In this document: positions 1 to 8,921 of the stretch, one piece after another
How the letters are laid out: each line of letters starts with the position of its first letter
Numbering within the stretch: the first letter of the stretch is position 1
Assembly: GCA_023379265.1 (NCBI GenBank)
Contig: JAMCUI010000009.1
Span: 36,091 to 100,090, forward strand
Source: Patescibacteria group bacterium
GTDB taxonomy: Bacteria; Patescibacteriota; Microgenomatia; 2-02-FULL-39-11
DNA length: 64,000 nt
Reading direction: 5' to 3'
Position numbers and translations under genes: made by a program
Notes under the pieces: model-generated
The model's database searches: none
Seen by the model: only the letters and a program-made list of their open reading frames with translations
What the model was told of the DNA's origin: nothing

Positions 1-1
1 A

Positions 2-1411
2 AAATCAGTTGAGGAGTCAAAAGAGAGGGTGCGCGCGGCTATAAAAAATTCTGGGGCTGAGTTTCCTGCGCATCGGATTACGATAAATCTTGCTCCCGCT
101 GATCTGCCCAAAGAAGGCCCGGCGTATGATTTGCCAATGGCTTTAGGGATACTTATTGCTTCCGGACAAATAAATACGGATCTGTCAAAAAGCATTGTTT
201 TTGGAGAATTATCACTTGATGGCAGTTTGCGTCATACCAAAGGGATATTGCCGGTTTCACTTATGGCAAAAGAGAAAGGTCAGCATTCTCTTTTTCTTCC
301 TGAAACGAATGCAAAGGAAGCGGCGGTCGTGGACAAAATTGATATATACCCCGTCAAAAATCTGATTGCTCTTTTTCATCATCTTGCAGGAACAGTAAAG
401 ATTGAACCTTATAAACACACGCCTTTTTCCAATATGCAAAGGGAGAGGTTGGCGGAGTTTGATCTTTCAGATATTAGAGGTCAGGAGCAAGGGAAACGCG
501 CTTTAGAGATTTCTGCTGCAGGGGGACATAATTTGCTTTTAAGGGGAGTTCCGGGAGCTGGGAAAACAATGCTTGCCCGGGCGCTTCCAGGCATACTTCC
601 TGATTTGGTAGAAAGTGAAGCTTTGGAGGTAACAAAGATATATTCAGTTACGGGCAATATTCCCGAAGGTGATTCTGTTATAAAAGTAAGACCATTCCGT
701 TGCCCGCATCATACTACTTCACAAATAGGACTTATCGGCGGCGGTGCACATCCCATGCCTGGAGAGATCTCTCTGGCTCACAGAGGGGTACTGTTTCTGG
801 ACGAGTTTCCTGAGTTTTCCAGGCATGTATTGGAGGCACTTCGCCAGCCGATTGAAGACGGGATAGTCACTATATCACGGGCTGCAGGAACAGTCAGTTA
901 TCCGGCTAAATTTGTCCTTATTGCCGCAAGCAATCCCTGTCCTTGTGGATTTTGGGGAGATCCGGTGCACAACTGTAAATGTCTACCAGGTCAAATTTCC
1001 CTGTACCAAAAAAGAATTTCCGGTCCCATAGTAGACAGGATAGACCTTCATGTTGAACTTCCTCCGGTACGTGTGGAGAAATTGACCAATGATGAGATAG
1101 AAGGTGAATTATCAGAAAAAGTAAAAAAGAGAGTACAGGCGGCACGAAATATGCAAACAAAAAGGTATAAGAAAACTTCAATGGTATGTAATAGTGATTT
1201 GAGTACCAAAGCGATAAGAGAAATGATAGTTTTGGATAAAGATTGTATAAATATTCTTCGTCAGGCCGTATCAAGTATGCATTTTTCAGCTAGAACTTAT
1301 TACCGGACAATAAAAGTCGCCAGGACAATAGCGGATCTTGAAGGGGAAAAAGAAATTGCCGTTTCCCACATCACTGAAGCGTTACAATTCAGGCCAAAAG
1401 AAAATATTTAA
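2..1411 (+). CDS. comM: YifB/ComM Mg-chelatase-like AAA+ ATPase (5' end lies outside the window)
   Basis: ITINLAPADLPKEG, Walker A GVPGAGKT, PGEISLAHRGVLFLDEFPEF, NPCPCG; frame is open back to position 2 (KSVEESKERV). Confidence 0.93.
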   Translation, partial: KSVEESKERVRAAIKNSGAEFPAHRITINLAPADLPKEGPAYDLPMALGILIASGQINTDLSKSIVFGELSLDGSLRHTKGILPVSLMAKEKGQHSLFLPETNAKEAAVVDKIDIYPVKNLIALFHHLAGTVKIEPYKHTPFSNMQRERLAEFDLSDIRGQEQGKRALEISAAGGHNLLLRGVPGAGKTMLARALPGILPDLVESEALEVTKIYSVTGNIPEGDSVIKVRPFRCPHHTTSQIGLIGGGAHPMPGEISLAHRGVLFLDEFPEFSRHVLEALRQPIEDGIVTISRAAGTVSYPAKFVLIAASNPCPCGFWGDPVHNCKCLPGQISLYQKRISGPIVDRIDLHVELPPVRVEKLTNDEIEGELSEKVKKRVQAARNMQTKRYKKTSMVCNSDLSTKAIREMIVLDKDCINILRQAVSSMHFSARTYYRTIKVARTIADLEGEKEIAVSHITEALQFRPKENI

Positions 1412-1465
1412 TTTCATCCAATATTAAAACGGCCCACTCCGTACCACATAGTGTAAAAGGCGTTC

Positions 1466-1494
1466 TTGACAAGCTATATATGTTGGTATATATT
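1466..1494 (+). promoter_or_regulatory. sigma70-type promoter of the ilv operon
   Basis: TTGACA (1466-1471), 17-nt spacer, TATATT (1489-1494); predicted start site about 1501-1503, at the leader GTG. Confidence 0.75.
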
Positions 1495-1502
1495 AAGTTA
1501 TC

Positions 1503-1598
1503 GTGTTAAGCTTCCCAACTTTATCAGTTGTTATCCTCTCAATTATTGTCCTTGTCATCGGACAGGGATTTTCTTGGGAGGCTGGATTTAGAAATTAA
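1503..1598 (+). CDS. ilv operon attenuator leader peptide (31 aa, MLSFPTLSVVILSIIVLVIGQGFSWEAGFRN), not in the ORF track
   Basis: GTG start; 11 of residues 7-19 are Ile/Leu/Val; followed by overlapping antiterminator and terminator sequences upstream of ilvD. Confidence 0.85.
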   Translation: MLSFPTLSVVILSIIVLVIGQGFSWEAGFRN

Positions 1599-1622
1599 AA
1601 ATCAGAAATTAAAAATCAGAAA
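1590..1622 (+). repeat. 14-bp tandem repeat (AGAAATTAAAAATC x2 plus a partial copy) spanning the leader stop codon
   Basis: copies at 1590-1603 and 1604-1617, then AGAAA. Confidence 0.85.
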
Positions 1623-1651
1623 AGCCTCTCAAGAAAGAGAGGTTTTTTTTT
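1620..1651 (+). terminator. attenuator terminator of the ilv leader
   Basis: AAAAGCCTCTC-AAGAAA-GAGAGGTTTT followed by a T run; the 5' arm can instead pair with TCTTGGGAGGCT (1572-1583). Confidence 0.88.
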
Positions 1652-1756
1652 GAGAGTAGATGATACGAATTGAGTTGTGTTCTCACATATAGTGGGAATT
1701 TCCTAAGAAATTTCTATCTATGAACGACTTAATGATTAATGGTTAAATAATTAAGT

Positions 1757-3475
1757 ATGTCTCAAAATAAATTGAAAAACAGAAGTTATATGATGACCGG
1801 GATTCCCGGAGGTAAAGATTGGGCAAAGAGAGCGGCGGCCCGGGCAATGTTGCGGGCGGTCAATTTTAACGACCGCGATTTTGAGAAACCCATAATTACT
1901 GTAGCTTGTCCTTACACAAACGCTACCCCCTGTAATGCGCAAGTACAGGAATTGGGAGAAATAGTAAAAGATGAGATAGAAAAGGGTGGAGGAAAAGCTT
2001 TTATTTTTGGTACTCCTGTAGTCAGCGATGGTGAATCGATGGGTACTTCCGGGATGAAGTATTCTCTCGTTTCCCGTGAACTTATCGCAGATAGCATAGA
2101 GACAATGCACGAGTCATATATGGCTGACGGCATCATCACTCTTTCTGGGTGTGATAAGACTATTCCCGGGGCGCTTATGCCACTTGCGCGTAACAACAGT
2201 ATTGGTTTGACTCTTTACGGAGGAAGTATTTTGCCAGGAAGGTATAATGGGAAAGACTTGACAATTGTTAGTACTTTTGAGGCAATTGGGACTCACGCTG
2301 CGGGGAAAATGAGCGATTATGAATTTAGGCAGATAGAATGTCATTCCTGCCCGGGTGCTGGAGCCTGTGGCGGGATGTTTACTGCCAATACGATGTCAAG
2401 CGCTATTGAAGCCCTAGGTATGAGTCTGCCAGGCTCAGCTACAAATCTGGCAGTAGACCGCAAAAACAAAGTTTCTTCTGATAAAAAGGCTGACTGTAGA
2501 AATTCAGTCAGGGCACTTTTCAGTCTTATGGAAAAAGGAATAAGAGCAAGGGATATTATGACCAAAAAATCCTTTGAAAACGCGATTACAGTTGTTCTAT
2601 CTCTGGGCGGTTCAACCAACGCATATCTACATCTTTTAGCCTTGGCTCATGAAGCAGATGTTGATTTGACTCTTTCTGATTTTGACAGAATCGGAAAGAA
2701 AGTGCCGCTTTTGGGTAATTTCAAACCTTTTGGTGATTATGTTATGGAGAATTTGCATACCATTGGCGGAGTACAAATGGTTTTGAAAATGCTTTATGAA
2801 GCAGGACTTATTCACGGTGAATGTATGACAGTAACAGGAAAAACGGTAGAGGAAAATATCAGGTCGGCCCGGAAGCGACCCTCAAATCAGAAGATTGTTT
2901 ATAGTGTTGATAAACCTTTGGCGCCGCCTGACCATCACATTGTTGTCATGTATGGCAATATGGCGAAAGAGGGTGCAGTGATGAAACTTTCCGGCAAGGA
3001 GATGGAAATGCATCGGGGTCCTGCCAGAGTTTTTGAGAGGGAAGAGGATGCTCTTGATGCCATCCTCGCCGGTAAGATAAAAAAAGGAGACGTAATGGTG
3101 ATAAGATATGAAGGTCCAAAAGGCGGACCAGGCATGCGGGAGATGCTTTCTCCGTCTTCCGCTCTTATGGGAAGAGGTTTGGGAAAAGATGTTGCCCTTA
3201 TCACAGATGGACGTTTCTCAGGCGGTACTCACGGAATTATGATAGGACATGTATCACCAGAAGCAAAAGTCGGAGGGATAATTGCTTTGGTGAAAGAAGG
3301 GGATATGATAACTATAAACCTGAAAAAAAGGACCGTAGATTTGGATATAAGTAAAGATGAGATCGAGAAAAGAAGGAAGAATTGGAAAACTCCGGCAGAT
3401 AAATATAAAAGGGGAGTTTTGGCAAAATACGCAAAGCTGGTGGGAAGCGCGTCATTTGGAGCTGTTACAAGTTGA
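1757..3475 (+). CDS. ilvD: dihydroxy-acid dehydratase
   Basis: [57 protein letters not shown]. Confidence 0.97.
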   Translation: MSQNKLKNRSYMMTGIPGGKDWAKRAAARAMLRAVNFNDRDFEKPIITVACPYTNATPCNAQVQELGEIVKDEIEKGGGKAFIFGTPVVSDGESMGTSGMKYSLVSRELIADSIETMHESYMADGIITLSGCDKTIPGALMPLARNNSIGLTLYGGSILPGRYNGKDLTIVSTFEAIGTHAAGKMSDYEFRQIECHSCPGAGACGGMFTANTMSSAIEALGMSLPGSATNLAVDRKNKVSSDKKADCRNSVRALFSLMEKGIRARDIMTKKSFENAITVVLSLGGSTNAYLHLLALAHEADVDLTLSDFDRIGKKVPLLGNFKPFGDYVMENLHTIGGVQMVLKMLYEAGLIHGECMTVTGKTVEENIRSARKRPSNQKIVYSVDKPLAPPDHHIVVMYGNMAKEGAVMKLSGKEMEMHRGPARVFEREEDALDAILAGKIKKGDVMVIRYEGPKGGPGMREMLSPSSALMGRGLGKDVALITDGRFSGGTHGIMIGHVSPEAKVGGIIALVKEGDMITINLKKRTVDLDISKDEIEKRRKNWKTPADKYKRGVLAKYAKLVGSASFGAVTS

Positions 3476-3487
3476 CCTTAAATACAT

Positions 3488-5215
3488 ATGAATACAAAAT
3501 TTCATAGATTAAAAGAGGGTGATAAAGTCCAGGGGGCAGAGATAGTCTGCGAGTGTCTGGTGCGCCAAGGGATAAAAATAATTTTCGGCTATCCCGGAGG
3601 AGCCAATATACCCATATATGATGCCCTTTACAGATACCCGTCACTTCATCATGTGCTGGTACGTCATGAGCAGGGTGCAGCGCACGCGGCTGAGGGTTAT
3701 GCCTGGGCAACGGGAAATGTCGGAGTATGTTTTACGACAAGCGGCCCCGGCGCAACAAATCTCGTGACTGGACTAGCTGATGCGATGCTTGATAGCGTTC
3801 CTTTAGTCTGTATTACCGGTCAGGTGCCATCAGGTCTAATTGGAACTGACGCTTTCCAGGAGACAGATGTAGTTGGAGTAACGCTTCCAGTGACAAAGCA
3901 TAATTATCTTATTACCCGTCCGGAGGAAATAGTATCAGTTATTCATGAAGCTTTTTATATTGCCAGTCACGGCAGGCCCGGTCCGGTACTTATTGATATT
4001 GCCAAAGATGCACAGACAGGATATGCGGTTTTTCACTATCCCAGGCAACAGGATTATCTCAAAGAGAAAGTAAAAATGAAAGCAACAGATGATGAGGTGG
4101 TAAAGATTACCAATTTATTAAATAGTGCCCAGAAACCTCTTATCGTTGCAGGACACGGTATGCTTCTTTCAGGAGATGGGAAGACGCTCCTTGCTATTGC
4201 TGAAAAGCAGGATATTCCAGTTACATTGACACAACTCGGACTCTCTACTATACCGACAAACCACAGGCTTTATATGGGTATGCCGGGTATGCACGGAAAT
4301 GTGGCAGCAAATAGAGCGCCAAACCAATGTGATGTGCTTTTAGCTGTGGGAATGCGCTTTCATGACCGGGTTACGGGTGAGGTTGCAAATTATGCTCCAC
4401 AGGCAAAAATTATCCATATTGACATTGATCCCTCCGAAATTGGCAAAAATGTAAAACCTTACCTGGGTGTTGTTGGCGATGCTAAAACAGTTTTGGAACA
4501 GATACTTCCGCGACTCAAATCAAAGAAAAATCAGGAATGGCTTTCGCAGTTTACAGCCTGGAAAAATGAAGAAAAGGTCAAAGTTTTTGATAAAGAATTA
4601 AAATCAAAGAAATTAAAATCAGCTCAGGTAGTGGAAATGTTATCCGAGGAAACAAATAATAGCGCAACAATTGTAGCAGATGTCGGTCAAAACCAGATGT
4701 ATGCAGCTAGGTATTATTCATATAGGAGTTATAACAGTCATTTTACTTCAGGTGGATTGGGGACGATGGGTTTTGCTCTTCCTGCTGGTATGGGTGCCAA
4801 ATCAGGGGATCCTGAACGGGAAGTGTGGATTGTGATAGGGGATGGCGGAATACAGATGACTCTTCAGGAACTGGCGACAATTGTCCAGGAAAAGCTCGAT
4901 TTGAAAATAGCGCTTTTGAATAACAACTATTTGGGTATGGTACGCCAGTGGCAGGAACTTTTTTATAAAGGGAATTATTCAGAAGTGAAGCTGAAAAATC
5001 CCAATTTCCAGAAACTGTGTGAAGGTTTTGGCATCCCATCCCTCAAAGTGACAAATCAAAATGATGTGAGGAAAGCAATTCGGAAGGCCAGAAAAACAAA
5101 AGGGCCATATCTTGTGGAATTTATAGTTGAAGCCGAGGAGAATGTTTTCCCGATGATTCCAGCAGGTGCTGGACTGGATGGAATGATCGTGTGTAAAGAA
5201 GACATGAAGAAATAG
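3488..5215 (+). CDS. ilvB: acetolactate synthase large subunit (biosynthetic)
   Basis: FGYPGGA, RHEQGAAHAAEGY, TSGPGATN, GTDAFQE, ThDP motif GDGG...NNNYLGMVRQWQ. Confidence 0.97.
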   Translation: MNTKFHRLKEGDKVQGAEIVCECLVRQGIKIIFGYPGGANIPIYDALYRYPSLHHVLVRHEQGAAHAAEGYAWATGNVGVCFTTSGPGATNLVTGLADAMLDSVPLVCITGQVPSGLIGTDAFQETDVVGVTLPVTKHNYLITRPEEIVSVIHEAFYIASHGRPGPVLIDIAKDAQTGYAVFHYPRQQDYLKEKVKMKATDDEVVKITNLLNSAQKPLIVAGHGMLLSGDGKTLLAIAEKQDIPVTLTQLGLSTIPTNHRLYMGMPGMHGNVAANRAPNQCDVLLAVGMRFHDRVTGEVANYAPQAKIIHIDIDPSEIGKNVKPYLGVVGDAKTVLEQILPRLKSKKNQEWLSQFTAWKNEEKVKVFDKELKSKKLKSAQVVEMLSEETNNSATIVADVGQNQMYAARYYSYRSYNSHFTSGGLGTMGFALPAGMGAKSGDPEREVWIVIGDGGIQMTLQELATIVQEKLDLKIALLNNNYLGMVRQWQELFYKGNYSEVKLKNPNFQKLCEGFGIPSLKVTNQNDVRKAIRKARKTKGPYLVEFIVEAEENVFPMIPAGAGLDGMIVCKEDMKK

Positions 5216-5358
5216 TATTACAGATTGTGGGTGCAGGTGCTGGACTGGATGGAATGATCGTGTGTAAAGAAGACATGAAGAAATAGTATTACAGATTGTG
5301 GGTGCAGGTGCTGGACTGGATGGAATGATCGTGTGTAAAGAAGACATGAAGAAATAGT
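5162..5358 (+). repeat. triplicated 3' end of ilvB: 55-bp unit x3 separated by an identical 16-bp linker (period 71)
   Basis: GCAGGTGCTGG...AAATAGT at 5162, 5233 and 5304; linker ATTACAGATTGTGGGT occurs twice. Confidence 0.95.
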
Positions 5359-5398
5359 CTAGAATTGATAATTATTATTGACAATTAGTTAAAACTAT

Positions 5399-5881
5399 AT
5401 GAGTAGAGATTTATCAAATATAATCATTTGGTCCAAAAACAAGCCGGGAGTTTTTTTCCGTATTCTTTGGCTTTTTAGGCGCAAGAGATTCAATATTGAA
5501 TCAGCTACAGTAGGACATACCGAAGTACCTGGTATCACCCGTTTTACCATAACCGTTACAGGAGACAAAGACCAGGTGAGGAATATGTGCAAGCAGGTGC
5601 ACAAGCTTATTGATATAGTCCGAGTGGAGGATGTGCCGGATGAAAAACTGGTTTCCCGCGAGCTTGCCATGATGAAAGTCGGGGTGAAGGATAAGGAGGA
5701 AAAAGCGGAAATTCTGCGCGTACTTGAACATTTCCGGGCAAGAGTGATGAATATGACTAAGGATTCCCTGGTAATCGAGGTGACGGGAAGCGAAGAAAAG
5801 ATAGACGCTTTTTATGAAAATATGAAGGATTTTCAAATTATTGAGTTTGTGCGGGCCGGAAGAACCGCATTATATAAATAA
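5399..5881 (+). CDS. ilvN: acetolactate synthase small regulatory subunit (ACT domain; IlvH/IlvN)
   Basis: NKPGV..RI..LF.R..FNIES.TVG, RELAMMKV, EVTG..EKIDAF, EFVRAG; position between ilvB and ilvC. Confidence 0.93.
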   Translation: MSRDLSNIIIWSKNKPGVFFRILWLFRRKRFNIESATVGHTEVPGITRFTITVTGDKDQVRNMCKQVHKLIDIVRVEDVPDEKLVSRELAMMKVGVKDKEEKAEILRVLEHFRARVMNMTKDSLVIEVTGSEEKIDAFYENMKDFQIIEFVRAGRTALYK

Positions 5882-5891
5882 GGAGTTTTCT

Positions 5892-6947
5892 ATGGCAAAG
5901 ATGAAATTTGGTGATGTTACCGAAAGTGTAGTGACGAGGCAGGAGTTTCCGCTAGCCCGCGCCCGCCAAGTATTGAAAAATGAAACAGTCGCGGTACTTG
6001 GTTATGGCGTTCAGGGTCCGGCACAAGCGATGAATTTGCGAGATAACGGCATAAATGTGATTATCGGTCAACGGTCACCTTCATCTTCATGGGATAAGGC
6101 TATAAAGGATGGGTGGAAAAAAGGGAAAACCATCTTTTCTATTGAGGAAGCGGCAGAAAAAGGTACAATATTAGCCTATTTGCTTTCTGATGCCGGCCAG
6201 GTGGCACTGTGGCCGACAGTGAAAAAGTATCTGACTGCCGGCAAAGCACTCTATTTTTCCCACGGATTTGGTATCACCTACAGGAAATATACAAAGATTA
6301 TTCCTCCAAAAGATACAGACGTTATCCTTATAGCGCCTAAAGGAGCTGGAAGATCTGTAAGGCAGAATTTCCTTGCCGGAAGCGGAATAAATAGCAGTTT
6401 TGCCGTTTTCCAAGATGCCACAGGCCGGGCAAAAGAGAGAGTTATGGCAATGGGTATCGGTGTGGGATCAGGTTTTCTTTTTGAAACCACGTTTGAGAAA
6501 GAAGTCTATAGCGACTTGACTGGTGAACGTGGAGTACTTATGGGAGCGCTTGAAGGGATAATGGAGGCGCAGTTTAATGAATTCAGAAGACGAGGACACA
6601 CGCCGTCTGAAGCTTTTAACGAAACTGTGGAAGAGTTGACTCAAAGTCTTATCAGAATGGTTGCGGAAAACGGGATGGACTGGATGTATGCCAACTGTTC
6701 AACTACCGCTCAAAGAGGTGCTCTTGATTGGAAAGGAGAGTTTAGAGACGCTGTAGCTCCGGTTTTCAAGAGGCTCTATTCTTCTGTCAAAATCGGAAAA
6801 GAAGCACAACGAGTATTGAAGGCAAATTCAGCAAAAGATTATAGGAAAAAACTTGAAAAAGAATTGTCAGAAATGAGAAATATGGAGATGTGGAGGGCAG
6901 GCGCTACTGTAAGGTCTCTCCGTCCTGAAAATTGGAAGAAAAAATGA
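5892..6947 (+). CDS. ilvC: ketol-acid reductoisomerase (resembles the Bacteroidota/fungal Ilv5 subtype)
   Basis: GYGVQGPAQAMNLRDNG, FSHGF, APKG, EVYSDLTGERGVLMG, CSTTAQRGALDW; RBS AGGAG before ATG 5892. Confidence 0.96.
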   Translation: MAKMKFGDVTESVVTRQEFPLARARQVLKNETVAVLGYGVQGPAQAMNLRDNGINVIIGQRSPSSSWDKAIKDGWKKGKTIFSIEEAAEKGTILAYLLSDAGQVALWPTVKKYLTAGKALYFSHGFGITYRKYTKIIPPKDTDVILIAPKGAGRSVRQNFLAGSGINSSFAVFQDATGRAKERVMAMGIGVGSGFLFETTFEKEVYSDLTGERGVLMGALEGIMEAQFNEFRRRGHTPSEAFNETVEELTQSLIRMVAENGMDWMYANCSTTAQRGALDWKGEFRDAVAPVFKRLYSSVKIGKEAQRVLKANSAKDYRKKLEKELSEMRNMEMWRAGATVRSLRPENWKKK

Positions 6948-8809
6948 TATCAGATGACCACTTCTATCATATAGAATGTTTCCTCTGTCATAAAAAGGTT
7001 AACGAAAAAGAAAATACTACCGTTTGCAGAAGTTGCGGCGGGCCTCTTGACGTTGTCTACGATTATTCAAAGCTAAAAGATGGAATGAATTTCTATGTGA
7101 TGCAAAATACCCCTCCTAAAACAATAAAATATCTTGATTTTTACCCTATAATTGATAGGAATAATTTAAGCTCGCTTGGTGAGGGGGGGACACAGCTCCA
7201 TAATTTGCCAAAACTTGGCAGTAAGTTAGGACTTTCCAGACTTTATCTGAAAAATGAAGGTCTCAATCCCACTGGAGCTTTTAAGGATAGAGGGAGTTTT
7301 GTAGAAATAAATAAGGCAAAAGAATTGGGTTTTAAGAGTGTTTGTGTTGCTTCAACCGGGAATATGGCAGCGTCTGTAGCGGCATATTCTGCTCAGGCAG
7401 GCTTGGAATGTTATGTGTTTGTGCCTGAAAATACTCCTCGCGGCAAATTAGCTCAGGCCATTTCTTATGGAGCGAGGGTAATCCAGGTGCGCGGTACTTA
7501 CTCTGATGCTTTTAATCTTACAGTAAAAGTTGCGGCTGAATTCGGTTATTACCTGGCTGGAGATTATGCTTTCAGAGGTGAAGGTCAGAAATCACTGGCA
7601 TTTGAAGTCTGCGAGCAGATGTGGTTTGGTAAAATTGATTGGGTAATAGTGCCTGTGGGAATGGGAACAAACTTATCTTATATTTGGAAAGGATTTAAGG
7701 AATATTTTGAGTTTGGTCTTATTTCCCAACTCCCGAAAATGGTGGCTGTTCAGGCGGAGGGAGCATCAACAATAGTAACAGCTTTTAGAACTCACTCTGA
7801 GATAAAGCCATTGGATAAACCCCAAACTATATGTTCTGCTATTGCCTGCGGAATGCCAATTGATTATCCCAAGGTACTCAAAGCTCTGAAAGAATCACAC
7901 GGGACAGCTATAGCAGTATCAGATGATGAAACGCTTTCCGCTCAACAGACTCTTGCTAAGATGGAAGCGCTATATATAGAGCCTTCATCAGCTACTTCGA
8001 TTGTAGCGCTTCAAAGACTGGTAAAACAGAAGATTATAAAAGAAAATGATGTAGTGGTTTGTGTGGCAACTGGAGCAGGTTTGAAAGATCCTGCTACAAC
8101 TCTCAAAGTCTTGGCTGATCCCCCCACTATCGAGCCGACACTTTCTGAAGCCTTAAAAGTGATAAAAAGCGGCATTCTGTCCCTTCGGGCAGGAGGAGTA
8201 GGTGATAAAGAAAAAGTTTTGTTTACCAGAGTACCCGGGGAGATCGAGTTGAAAAAAGTCATAAAGCATGAATTCAGACTGGAATTGGATATAGAATCGC
8301 TAAAAATAATCAAAAAAGTGATCAGTAAGTTTATTACCGTAAAAGGGAAAAATATCGTAAAAGCTGATCTTCAGTCAATAATAGAGACTATCATGCAGGA
8401 CGAGAGAAGAAAAAAGACACTGGACGTTTTGGATTTCAGAATCGAGACTTCCAAAAGAAATAAACCCAGGGCATATGTCAAAATTAGTCTGGACGGCCAC
8501 GAATTTGAAAACGAAAGCGAAGGAGTAGGACCAGTAGACGCAGCAATAAACGCAATATCCTCAATTATCAAACGCAAAAATGGAGGGGAATTCCGTCTTA
8601 CCGATTTTAACGTAGAGATACCCACAACAGGAAGCGATGCTACTGTAGAAGCAAGTATGGTCTTACAGCATGAGAATGGAACTCAAGTAATTGAGAAAGG
8701 TACATCTCCTGATATTATCGTGGCATCGATAGAAGCGTTTGAAAAAGGTTATAATGAGCTAGCATATCAGTTGAAAGAGCAATCTAAAAATAGCGCGAAG
8801 AAATCTTGA
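6944..8809 (+). CDS. threonine-synthase-fold PLP enzyme (N-terminal Zn ribbon) fused to a C-terminal LeuA/CimA-type allosteric domain
   Basis: CxxC..CxxC, LGEGGT, NPTGAFKDRG (PLP Lys), ASTGN, EGQKS, TGAGLKDP; C-terminal G-G-P-V-D-A..NA, TGSDA, G.SPDII.AS match the LeuA regulatory domain; ATGA overlap with the ilvC stop. Confidence 0.85.
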   Translation: MISDDHFYHIECFLCHKKVNEKENTTVCRSCGGPLDVVYDYSKLKDGMNFYVMQNTPPKTIKYLDFYPIIDRNNLSSLGEGGTQLHNLPKLGSKLGLSRLYLKNEGLNPTGAFKDRGSFVEINKAKELGFKSVCVASTGNMAASVAAYSAQAGLECYVFVPENTPRGKLAQAISYGARVIQVRGTYSDAFNLTVKVAAEFGYYLAGDYAFRGEGQKSLAFEVCEQMWFGKIDWVIVPVGMGTNLSYIWKGFKEYFEFGLISQLPKMVAVQAEGASTIVTAFRTHSEIKPLDKPQTICSAIACGMPIDYPKVLKALKESHGTAIAVSDDETLSAQQTLAKMEALYIEPSSATSIVALQRLVKQKIIKENDVVVCVATGAGLKDPATTLKVLADPPTIEPTLSEALKVIKSGILSLRAGGVGDKEKVLFTRVPGEIELKKVIKHEFRLELDIESLKIIKKVISKFITVKGKNIVKADLQSIIETIMQDERRKKTLDVLDFRIETSKRNKPRAYVKISLDGHEFENESEGVGPVDAAINAISSIIKRKNGGEFRLTDFNVEIPTTGSDATVEASMVLQHENGTQVIEKGTSPDIIVASIEAFEKGYNELAYQLKEQSKNSAKKS

Positions 8810-8845
8810 TGGTGAATATAAACTTTATTATAAGAAGGTACCATT

Positions 8846-8877
8846 ATAAAAATTGAAGTTGATACCAAGAAGGCTCC
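8846..8877 (+). repeat. non-functional copy of the first ~11 codons of ridA, 76 bp upstream of the gene
   Basis: AAAATTGAAGTTGATACCAAGAAGGCTCC is identical at 8849-8877 and 8925-8953; ATA replaces ATG. Confidence 0.92.
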
Positions 8878-8921
8878 AGAATTAACGTTTTATCAAATAA
8901 ACTTTTAAGGAGGAAAGTGCT

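Noticed and set aside
2-1411. comM interrupted by an integrated element
   Set aside because: The visible part is one continuous frame with a normal C-terminus; no integrase or att-like repeat is seen
5162-5358. CRISPR array
   Set aside because: The intervening 16-mers are identical, the 55-bp unit is the ilvB coding end, and there are no cas genes in the window
6944-8809. Plain thrC annotation
   Set aside because: The extra LeuA-type domain, altered phospho-substrate motifs and absence of thrA/thrB context make the gene symbol unsafe
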